56,483 bases of DNA from a virus (Duplodnaviria > Caudoviricetes): IMG/VR virus record IMGVR_UViG_3300034093_004958, positions 1-56,483 of that record; one strand, given 5' to 3'. The position numbers and the translations under genes were made by a program. The notes below the pieces were generated by a model. It was not told where the DNA came from, did not search any database, and saw only the letters and a list, made by a program, of their open reading frames with translations. Of this stretch, positions 10,139 through 18,220 are shown piece after piece (positions within the stretch are counted from its first letter, which is position 1; each line of letters opens with the position of its first letter).

Positions 10139-10432
10139 TTATTGCAAATTGAGTTTTCTTAAAATCATAGACTGCGTCATATAAATTAGAGATACATATG
10201 CATCAGATTTATCTTTTAGATTACTAACTATGGTAAGTATATCATCAGAGTTTAAAACTCCACCCCTCTCTACATGTTGGGCTACATGATTAGGAAGAAT
10301 AGTAATCTTAGATGAATTTTCTACAGGAGTAAGAGATAGTTCAAACTTTTTATTTTCATTATCATCTTCAGTTATTATTAAATAAGCATTCATCGGTTTG
10401 ATATTATTCACCTGAAACTCCTTTTTGTTCAA
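10139..10432 (-). CDS. hypothetical protein
   Basis: ORF in a minus-strand run; start may be at 10393. Confidence 0.55.
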   Translation of the reverse strand: MNKKEFQVNNIKPMNAYLIITEDDNENKKFELSLTPVENSSKITILPNHVAQHVERGGVLNSDDILTIVSNLKDKSDAYVSLIYMTQSMILRKLNLQ

Positions 10433-10631
10433 TTAGCATTTTCATTGCTTTAACAACTTCTATTGCTTGATCATACTCAATGATGAACTCTTGATCATTA
10501 TTAATAGCAACATGAAAACTGGATTTGCTTCCAGAAAAAGAAACTACAACTCCATCATTAAGAGAAACAAAGTAATCTTGATCTTTTGGATGGATTGCGA
10601 TTCCAGTAATTGTCTTTTGATATTCTGCCAT
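10404..10631 (-). CDS. hypothetical protein
   Basis: 75-aa ORF with AAGGA RBS. Confidence 0.6.
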   Translation of the reverse strand: MAEYQKTITGIAIHPKDQDYFVSLNDGVVVSFSGSKSSFHVAINNDQEFIIEYDQAIEVVKAMKMLIEQKGVSGE

Positions 10632-10659
10632 ACTGATTCCTTAAATATAGTTATTAGAA

Positions 10660-10809
10660 TTAACTATACTTATATAACCTACATGCATATTTGTTTATCT
10701 TTTTCTTTTTATCTTCTACTGTTCTAGTTTTAAATCGTCCATCATAAGCTCCTGACTCTAGCATATTGAGGCGTTTAATTTTTAGATAAATATTTTCTCT
10801 CTTTTTCAT
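10660..10809 (-). CDS. small basic protein (49 aa, not in track), possibly ArfA-like
   Basis: MKKRENIYLKIKRLNMLESGAYDGRFKTRTVEDKKKKINKYACRLYKYS, with AAGGA RBS and a TAnnTTTG promoter upstream. Confidence 0.6.
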   Translation of the reverse strand: MKKRENIYLKIKRLNMLESGAYDGRFKTRTVEDKKKKINKYACRLYKYS

Positions 10810-10840
10810 AATAAAATTCCTTAATTGTTAATATCTAATA

Positions 10841-10931
10841 CAAACATAATAAATAATGTATTCTCAAACAAATTATTTAAAAAGATTAATAAAAATTATT
10901 TTGGATTATTTAGATTTGTTTATTAGTTTTG
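10841..10931. promoter_or_regulatory. divergent pair of Bacteroidota-type promoters
   Basis: Minus strand: TTTG(10872-10869)-N20-TATGTTTG(10848-10841). Plus strand: TTTG(10900-10903)-N20-TAGTTTTG(10924-10931). Confidence 0.6.
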
Positions 10932-10950
10932 AACTGTTATTAAAAATTTA

Positions 10951-11082
10951 ATGAAAAAAATGGTTAACAGAAAATTAGTTGAAATTATTAAAGTAAGTTT
11001 TATTCTGACAGCTTTTATGGTTGCAATGTATATCATTTTAGCAATAGCTTTAGTTATAGATCTAGACCTTATACCTAGATAA
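10951..11082 (+). CDS. small membrane protein (43 aa, not in track)
   Basis: MKKMVNRKLVEIIKVSFILTAFMVAMYIILAIALVIDLDLIPR, single TM helix. Confidence 0.5.
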   Translation: MKKMVNRKLVEIIKVSFILTAFMVAMYIILAIALVIDLDLIPR

Positions 11083-11117
11083 ATGTATTATTTTTATATA
11101 TTTTTTTGAGTTTTTTA

Positions 11118-12338
11118 ATGAATAGTAATCCGTATGTATGGACAAGTGAATATGTTTCACCAGGACATCCTGATAAGATAGCAGATCAAATTTCAGATGC
11201 TATACTTGATGCATACCTAAATATTGATCATAATGCAAAAGTTGCATGTGAGACCTTAGTTAAAGGTAATAATGTTTATATAGCTGGCGAAATTTCTTCG
11301 CATACACAAATAGGAAATAGTTCTTTAGAGTCCATTGTTAGAAAAACAATTTCAAATATAGGATATGATTCTAATGAACATATATTTAATAGTAATTCAT
11401 GCTCTATAATTTTTGATATTTCAAAACAATCTCCAGAGATTAATGGAGCAGTTGTTTCTGATAATGGAGATATTGTTGCAGGTGATCAAGGTATTATGTT
11501 TGGATATGCAACAAATGAAACACCAACAAAAATGCCTCTTCCAATTTATTTAGCAAAACAATTTATTATGGAAGCATATGAAGGTATTGATAATAAGTAT
11601 GCTTTTAGACCTGATATGAAAAGTCAAGTATCTATAAATTTTGAACATGGTAGAGCAAAAAGCATACATTCAGTAGTTTTTTCTACCTGTCATACTGAAG
11701 AATTATCTTTAAAAGATGTACGAGATCTTTTTCACGCTATGGTTCTACCTAATGTTTTAGAAAGTTTTCCTGAACATATTCAAGAATTATTTGATGATAC
11801 TACTAAATATTTTATTAACCCTGCTGGAGCTTGGAATATCGGAGGACCAGTTTCTGATTCAGGATTAACAGGTAGAAAAATTGTAGTAGATCAATATGGA
11901 GCAGACTGTGAAATTGGCGGTGGAGCTTTCTCAGGAAAAGATCCTAGTAAAGTTGACAGAAGTGGAGCATATATGGCTCGACATATTGCTTTAACTACTC
12001 TTAAAAATCACCCTGAAGCAGATAAGATTAAAGTTCAATTGGCATATGCTATTGGTGAAAAATATCCAGTTTCATATAGAATATACAATCCAGTTACTGG
12101 TCAAGAATATGGTCTTGAAGATTTTACTTTAGAAGATTTAACTCCTAATTCTATTATTGAAACTTTAGGATTAAAAAATCCTATCTATGCAAAAACAGCT
12201 AAGTATGGTCATTTCGGTAATGAGTCTTATATTAAAAATGGCATTGAGTATTTTAAATGGGAAAACAATTTATACAAACCTAATATCGAACATTTGATAT
12301 ATAACAAAAAATCTATGCATCATAGTGAAACATTTTAA
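11118..12338 (+). CDS. metK: S-adenosylmethionine synthetase
   Basis: SEYVSPGHPDK, AGDQGIMFG, PDMKSQV, DSGLTGRKIVVDQYG, GGGAFSGKDPSKVDRSGAY, YGHFG. Confidence 0.97.
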   Translation: MNSNPYVWTSEYVSPGHPDKIADQISDAILDAYLNIDHNAKVACETLVKGNNVYIAGEISSHTQIGNSSLESIVRKTISNIGYDSNEHIFNSNSCSIIFDISKQSPEINGAVVSDNGDIVAGDQGIMFGYATNETPTKMPLPIYLAKQFIMEAYEGIDNKYAFRPDMKSQVSINFEHGRAKSIHSVVFSTCHTEELSLKDVRDLFHAMVLPNVLESFPEHIQELFDDTTKYFINPAGAWNIGGPVSDSGLTGRKIVVDQYGADCEIGGGAFSGKDPSKVDRSGAYMARHIALTTLKNHPEADKIKVQLAYAIGEKYPVSYRIYNPVTGQEYGLEDFTLEDLTPNSIIETLGLKNPIYAKTAKYGHFGNESYIKNGIEYFKWENNLYKPNIEHLIYNKKSMHHSETF

Positions 12339-12858
12339 ACTATATGAACATTATCATAATAATGTAGAGCATTTACAATATGACATTACTCTAGAAAACG
12401 AAGTTCAGTTATATCATTATACTAAATTAGATTTGGGCAATGAAGTTATTCTTTCTCCAGAGGAAAGTAAAAATAAAAGATTGTCATGGTCAATGAGAGA
12501 GTATAAACGCTCAGATATTCCTCGTGTATTTTACTATGTTAATGTAAAAAAAACTGAACGAAGTATAGTTGAAAATAGTAATTTTTTATATACTGGTTTT
12601 GTAAATGGTAAAGATATTATAAAGGTTTCAAATGCGATCCGATCTTATAACAAGAACCCACAAGAATTTGAAAAATTAAATCCAAATGCTTATAATTCTG
12701 TAAAAGAATTTGTTGATAAAGGAAGTTCAAATTATAATATACTTTTTGAAAATCTAAAGCATTTTTTTAAGGGTGCATATTACAAATTTGAAAATGAAAT
12801 GGAAGTTGTAATTCTCTTTCAATCATTAAAAGTGTTTCAAATAGATTATATACAATAA
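12325..12858 (+). CDS. putative ADP-ribosyltransferase-fold protein with packaging-like tag
   Basis: Tag MKHFKLYEH; LYHYT strand 1, RVFYY and C-terminal KGAYY...EVVILFQSLKV resemble the ART-PolyVal layout. Confidence 0.45.
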   Translation: MKHFKLYEHYHNNVEHLQYDITLENEVQLYHYTKLDLGNEVILSPEESKNKRLSWSMREYKRSDIPRVFYYVNVKKTERSIVENSNFLYTGFVNGKDIIKVSNAIRSYNKNPQEFEKLNPNAYNSVKEFVDKGSSNYNILFENLKHFFKGAYYKFENEMEVVILFQSLKVFQIDYIQ

Positions 12859-12871
12859 AACAAACAATATT

Positions 12872-13462
12872 ATGAAAAGAAATGGTTTTTTAAATTTATT
12901 AAGAGTCACATTTAAAGATTTTATACATGGAAAAAAAATGTACGAAGAAATAGTTCCTCGTAATTATTTTCATGCTTTACAAATGAATAGTTTCTCTATT
13001 GATAAAAGTAATGATCCTTCAGCTGAAACTCTTTATTTTGATTTTCCAGAAGATTTTGAATTAACTGAAACGAGCATTGAATATTTTGAAAATAAAGGTG
13101 GGATTATCGTTTTCTCTACTGAAATAAATGCTGTTTCCTTAAGTAAAAGAAAACTTATTAATTACATTTATTCTAAAATTCAGTCTATAAAAAATTCAAT
13201 GTTTGTAAATAAAAAGATTGAAACTATATTTAGAAAACATGAATCTCTTAAAGGTGTTGGGATGACTGTTGGAAGTTTTGTTAATGGAAAATACGTAGCA
13301 GATGACGGAACCATATATACTGAAAAATCTATTTCAGTTGAAATCATTGGAGTTCCAACATCTGTTTTAAATGAAGTTGCTGATAGTATCAGAAAGGAAT
13401 TTAATCAAGAGGCTGTACTGGTTAGAAATTACGAAGAGAATTTAATATACTTAGTTAAATAA
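12872..13462 (+). CDS. SAM lyase (T3 SAMase/PII-like fold)-like protein
   Basis: GKYVADDGTIYTEKSISV...ADSIRKEFNQEAVLV aligns by eye with T3 SAMase GCY...TEEKTVRV...ACNEWEQDCVLV (recalled sequence). Confidence 0.55.
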   Translation: MKRNGFLNLLRVTFKDFIHGKKMYEEIVPRNYFHALQMNSFSIDKSNDPSAETLYFDFPEDFELTETSIEYFENKGGIIVFSTEINAVSLSKRKLINYIYSKIQSIKNSMFVNKKIETIFRKHESLKGVGMTVGSFVNGKYVADDGTIYTEKSISVEIIGVPTSVLNEVADSIRKEFNQEAVLVRNYEENLIYLVK

Positions 13463-13483
13463 GTATTACATTAATTAAACTAT

Positions 13484-14575
13484 ATGAAGCATATCAAGTT
13501 ATTTGAATATTGGATACATGAAGAAAACAAAGAGCTAACTTTAACAGGAGATTATCAGTCTAAAAAATTTATTACCAATTTTTATGAAATGATTCGGTAT
13601 TGGAATATACCTTTGCCAGGTTCAATCTCTCAAGATGCTTTTAAAGTTGCTATAGAATTTCTTGATGATTTAAAAGTAAGAGGACAAGCCATAGAAACAC
13701 AAATAAAAGCTATGGCAAGTAAAACTGAGAATAAAGGAAAAACTTTAGCTCAAATTCTTAAAGATACTCCAGATGAAAATAAAGAAGATATGTTCAGGTA
13801 TTATGTAAATTTTTATTCTAATAATATAACCTGCTATAAGTTTTATGCATTTATGTGGAAAGGAACAAACCCTCAAGCTCAGATTATTATTAATAATTTG
13901 AAAAAAAATATAGAAGATATAAGCCACGATACAAAAGTACCAACTAGTGCATATATTTCATTTTTATTTAATAGCCCATTTTTTAATACTAAACGAAGAA
14001 TAGTTCCATATACTGATTCTAATGTAGATGCAGGTGCACAAGAGTTTAGAAATATTATGATATCAGGTATTGGTTTATTTTGCATTATAATGTTTTTTTG
14101 TGGATTGGCTACTGATTCTTTAGATTATTATAAAACAAATAAAGAAAAATCTCAAGTAATTAGAGAGTCATATATTTTTCTTATGAATATGCATAAAAGA
14201 GGATGGTATGATATTACTGGAGATTTAAATATAATTGAAGATCCAAAAGTAGAAGATAGTAATAGCTCTAAAACTTTATATCCAGAGGATTGGCTTTATA
14301 ATTTATTTACATCTGATAACGAAAAGAATAATGAAACATTTAGATCCGAATATTTTGAATCATTAAGAGATTATTCTATAAATTATTATAAAACTGCTCA
14401 ACTCGATGTTGTAACAAAATATCTTATGGATTTACATTTTATTACACATAGTGACATTCATGAGTTTATAAAAGCAGGAAGTTCTATTGTCCCATCTTTA
14501 GCATCTAACTCGATCCAGTCCAATATTATAACTGGAGAAATTTTGGTTGATAAAATTTCGAAAATTCCGACCTAA
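13484..14575 (+). CDS. hypothetical protein with MKHIKLFEYWIHE tag
   Basis: 363-aa ORF with one hydrophobic segment. Confidence 0.7.
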   Translation: MKHIKLFEYWIHEENKELTLTGDYQSKKFITNFYEMIRYWNIPLPGSISQDAFKVAIEFLDDLKVRGQAIETQIKAMASKTENKGKTLAQILKDTPDENKEDMFRYYVNFYSNNITCYKFYAFMWKGTNPQAQIIINNLKKNIEDISHDTKVPTSAYISFLFNSPFFNTKRRIVPYTDSNVDAGAQEFRNIMISGIGLFCIIMFFCGLATDSLDYYKTNKEKSQVIRESYIFLMNMHKRGWYDITGDLNIIEDPKVEDSNSSKTLYPEDWLYNLFTSDNEKNNETFRSEYFESLRDYSINYYKTAQLDVVTKYLMDLHFITHSDIHEFIKAGSSIVPSLASNSIQSNIITGEILVDKISKIPT

Positions 14576-14616
14576 CACATATTTTTTTAATTAACTTTAG
14601 ATTTAAGAATTAGTTT

Positions 14617-14904
14617 ATGAATGTTTATGTAGCTATTGGAGAAAATATTTTTAAAGATTCAGGAAAATGTATTAATGAAAAAACATTAGGAGTTTTTAAA
14701 AATCAAAGAGCAGCTGAATATTTTATTTTAGATTTCCACGAAAAACTTTGTTTAACCAATAAAAAGAAATACAGAAAGTCAGAAAATACTATGATAAATG
14801 GAGATGTTTGTTTTTCATTGTCATTTGAAACTGAAACCAATATATTTAGCTTTACAGTAAGAGAATTCGAGTTCAACGAAAGAAAGATTAAAAATTCTTA
14901 TTAA
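14617..14904 (+). CDS. hypothetical protein
   Basis: 95-aa ORF. Confidence 0.55.
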   Translation: MNVYVAIGENIFKDSGKCINEKTLGVFKNQRAAEYFILDFHEKLCLTNKKKYRKSENTMINGDVCFSLSFETETNIFSFTVREFEFNERKIKNSY

Positions 14905-14982
14905 ACAAAATAATACGATATTAAATTTGTATTTTATCTTATGAAATTTATTGTATTTGTATTAACTTTAGGGAATTGATTC

Positions 14983-15243
14983 ATGACAAGTAAAACCGAT
15001 TGCGATTGTCTTTTAGGATTTATATCAGGTGATAAAATCTATAGAAGCAATTTAGATTTCGAGCTTGAAAGAACTACAACTGTTCAATCACAGTTTTATG
15101 ATATGGGATTATTGAAAGGTAAACCTTTAAAAGCTAAAGATATTCTTGATAATAGAAGGGGATATATTTCTAGGTTTACTTATTGTCCTTATTGTGGAGA
15201 AAAATTTAATTGGAAAAATATAATAAATAACTATATTGAATAA
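14983..15243 (+). CDS. small Zn-binding protein
   Basis: CDC...FTYCPYCGEKF. Confidence 0.65.
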   Translation: MTSKTDCDCLLGFISGDKIYRSNLDFELERTTTVQSQFYDMGLLKGKPLKAKDILDNRRGYISRFTYCPYCGEKFNWKNIINNYIE

Positions 15244-15276
15244 AAACCCCAAGCATGAAGATGATTGGGGTTTTTT
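15243..15276. terminator. bidirectional intrinsic terminator
   Basis: aaaaacccca...tggggtttttt between convergent genes. Confidence 0.7.
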
Positions 15277-15281
15277 AATTT

Positions 15282-16919
15282 TTAGTTATTATTTTCTTTT
15301 AACCATGTTTCATAATTATCAAAATATGATTCTTTCATTAATTTAGTTTTAATTTTAGAAGCATGTCTTTTTAAAGATTTAAAATCTTTTTTTGGAAGTT
15401 TGACTACTTTTTGTGGAACTATTTTTTCAGTCACTACTATTTCAGGTGCTTGTAAATCTATATTTGTTTTTGACTTAGCTAATAAATTAAGAGTATTGTT
15501 AAATTTTTTAGATAAATTTTCTATTGGTGACGTAACTGATTGAATCGAAGGTTTGATAGAAGATGTAAATTTTGACATAGCATCCGAAATCGGTTTTCCT
15601 AAAGATGATACCGCACCCGATAACATACCCATCGTACCCCCTTTTTTTCCTTCTTCTTCACAAGACTTTACAAAGTCTCCTACCTGATTAGGTATTTTAA
15701 AAGCTGTATCTATACCATTTTGAATCGTACCAACTGATTTCAAAACAGTATCTTTCATATCAGAAGGAATTAAATATTCTAATGCTACTGTACCACCTAA
15801 AGAAATTAAGTGCGGTTGTAAATCTTTTACTAAAGATTCTGGTTTAATTCCATCTTTACCTTTTATTCCAGCCATTGATAAAAGTGTACTTCCCAAACCA
15901 CTAGCATTTTCTTTACTAAAAAAAGATTGACCTTGTGTTTTTAATGAATCATCTGACTTATCAAATAATGATGTTATATCAGTGATACCTGATAAGACAT
16001 CTGGAGATGGATTTATTACTCCTATAATATCTTTAGCTCCTAATATTAAAGAATTTGATCCTGCCAAAATATTAGGCCCATGTTTTGTCAAAGCAGTTCC
16101 AACATCCAAAGCTGATTTTGCTGAACCTATTGTAGATTTTAAATCTGAAATTGGATCCTTAATTTTAGTATATCCATCATATAACCCTAATAATCCAGTT
16201 GCTCCACCTACAATTGTAGACATAAGTTGTCCAGTTCCTGGTGCAAAAACTTGACCAACTGTTCCATAAATACCTCTAAATAAAGTGGATATTGTTTGAA
16301 CTTGTTTAATCCAATCGTCTCCTACAAAGACTGCTACTGAATCGTAACAAGTTCCTATAAATCCCACAACTGATTTAGCAGCGTCCCCTAAACTATTTGC
16401 CCATCCTCCTACTGTATCGACAACTGAATTAACAGCATCCCCTATAATTTTACCTGCACCTGAGAATACATCTCCTATAACATCAAAAATTCCTTCGTTT
16501 AAAGAATTGCTCATTAATATATTATAGGATTCTTTAGAAATAGCAAAAGATCTGTCATTATAAAAAATAAATGTATGAGTTTTTGATTCAAAAAGTATAG
16601 GAGTTTTATTTGATTTTGAAGATTCATTAAACCATTCTTCTCTATGTGTATAGAATAGTTGAGTTTCATATAATGCAAAAATTTTATTTTTTGAATATTC
16701 ATCTTCACTTTCATTAAGAAAAGGAAATGCTTCATTAATAAATTCATCTCTTGAAATAGCTGATGTAAAACTATGTTCATCTAATCTATTTAAATTAGGT
16801 CTATCCAAAATTTCCCAACTTTCAGATATATCATATTTACTTTGAGATATAGTATAGTCTGTTTCATGCTCATTACCCTGTTCTTCTAGTTTCGCCCAAT
16901 CATTAAATTTTTTTATCAT
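15282..16919 (-). CDS. Gly/Ala/Ser-rich helical protein, putative virion/ejection protein
   Basis: Tag MIKKFNDWAKLEE; several (I/L)NE sites; amphipathic Gly-rich core; C-terminal FDNYETWLKE. Confidence 0.6.
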   Translation of the reverse strand: MIKKFNDWAKLEEQGNEHETDYTISQSKYDISESWEILDRPNLNRLDEHSFTSAISRDEFINEAFPFLNESEDEYSKNKIFALYETQLFYTHREEWFNESSKSNKTPILFESKTHTFIFYNDRSFAISKESYNILMSNSLNEGIFDVIGDVFSGAGKIIGDAVNSVVDTVGGWANSLGDAAKSVVGFIGTCYDSVAVFVGDDWIKQVQTISTLFRGIYGTVGQVFAPGTGQLMSTIVGGATGLLGLYDGYTKIKDPISDLKSTIGSAKSALDVGTALTKHGPNILAGSNSLILGAKDIIGVINPSPDVLSGITDITSLFDKSDDSLKTQGQSFFSKENASGLGSTLLSMAGIKGKDGIKPESLVKDLQPHLISLGGTVALEYLIPSDMKDTVLKSVGTIQNGIDTAFKIPNQVGDFVKSCEEEGKKGGTMGMLSGAVSSLGKPISDAMSKFTSSIKPSIQSVTSPIENLSKKFNNTLNLLAKSKTNIDLQAPEIVVTEKIVPQKVVKLPKKDFKSLKRHASKIKTKLMKESYFDNYETWLKENNN

Positions 16920-17068
16920 ACTAATTTGTTTTTTTTTCTGTTATTTTAATTAGTCCATTTTATTCTTTTGAACTTAATTCCTATATATTTATATATTTAA
17001 AAAAATTTAATTAATTTAATGTTTAAATTTGTTAGAAATAAATAAAGCTATTAATATACGATACTAAA

Positions 17069-17452
17069 ATGAATACACATGCATTATGTAATGGTCTTAA
17101 TGATTCTGCTAAAACTATATTGAGTAATAATATAGAAAAGGGATTTAATAACCCAAATTATAATATAGGCGAGCTTTTAATGCTTATTACTAGCGAATTG
17201 GGAGAAGCTCTAGAATCTCATAGAAAAGGTAAGTTTTCTAATTGGGAATCTTTTTATAGTGATTCTTCTAAAGTTGGAGATAATGAAAGTTTTAAAATGC
17301 ATATAAAAGATACATTTGAAGATGAGATTGCTGATGCAATTATAAGATTATTGGATTTATCAGCAAGACTTCATATAGATATAGAAAAACATATTAATGC
17401 GAAAGTGGATTATAATAAAACAAGACCACATTTGCATGGGAAAACTTATTAA
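17069..17452 (+). CDS. MazG-like nucleotide pyrophosphohydrolase
   Basis: LMLITSELGEALESHRK...EDEIADAIIRLLD...KVDYNKTRPHLHGK. Confidence 0.85.
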   Translation: MNTHALCNGLNDSAKTILSNNIEKGFNNPNYNIGELLMLITSELGEALESHRKGKFSNWESFYSDSSKVGDNESFKMHIKDTFEDEIADAIIRLLDLSARLHIDIEKHINAKVDYNKTRPHLHGKTY

Positions 17453-17454
17453 AC

Positions 17455-18132
17455 ATGGAAAAAATTATGTATACCCCAACTCCTGATGATGAAGTTCAAA
17501 TAACAAGAAAGATGTATGGTTTCAATTGTTATTTTGGAATAGTAAAAAAAGAAAAACTTTCATTTTTTGATAAAATCAGTAAAATATTTGGTTTTGCTGA
17601 TGATTGGATTGATTATAAATATGTTTGTGATATTTATGACAATGGTAATTTTTATGATTCTAAAATGATGTATAGTTCAGAGTTCTTAGAATTTATTGAA
17701 AACAAATATGATATAAGAAACATACTATGGAATACAGTTAAAGGATTATCTAAAAATCATATTAAAGATGGATTTACAATGTATGGTGTTGCGTATGGAA
17801 AAGGAATTCATTCAATGTACACTTATAATTTAGACACCATTGAATTTGTAGGTACAGATATATTTGAAAATAAGAATTATATTGCTCCAGATTTAGTCAA
17901 AATGATTTTTGATACAGTTTTAGATTTACCTCATGTTGAGATATTTCATACTGGAGAATGGAATAAAGAAGTTCAAGATGAATATGTTTACAATAACTAT
18001 GTTGAAAACACCAACGAGACGCTCCCACATGCTGGAGTAGTGATCAAACATGTTTCTGGAAATAGGGATAAAATATGTACAATCTATAATCCAGAATTTA
18101 TAATATTTTTAGGTAGAACTGATCTTATTTAA
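17455..18132 (+). CDS. degenerate RNA ligase (Rnl2/DRB0094-like) nucleotidyltransferase domain
   Basis: ITRKMYG (motif I), YGVAYGKGI (III), FVGTDI (IIIa), PHAGVVIK (IV), KICTIYNP (V). Confidence 0.65.
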   Translation: MEKIMYTPTPDDEVQITRKMYGFNCYFGIVKKEKLSFFDKISKIFGFADDWIDYKYVCDIYDNGNFYDSKMMYSSEFLEFIENKYDIRNILWNTVKGLSKNHIKDGFTMYGVAYGKGIHSMYTYNLDTIEFVGTDIFENKNYIAPDLVKMIFDTVLDLPHVEIFHTGEWNKEVQDEYVYNNYVENTNETLPHAGVVIKHVSGNRDKICTIYNPEFIIFLGRTDLI

Positions 18133-18220
18133 CATAGATATTTTCATATTATAATATTAATATTTTTTTAGAATGTAAAAATAATTTGATATATACTTAT
18201 CATTAAATAAAAAAATAGAC

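Noticed and set aside
10930-11117. SAM riboswitch upstream of metK
   Set aside because: No recognisable SAM-I/II structure; the region is occupied by a small membrane ORF.
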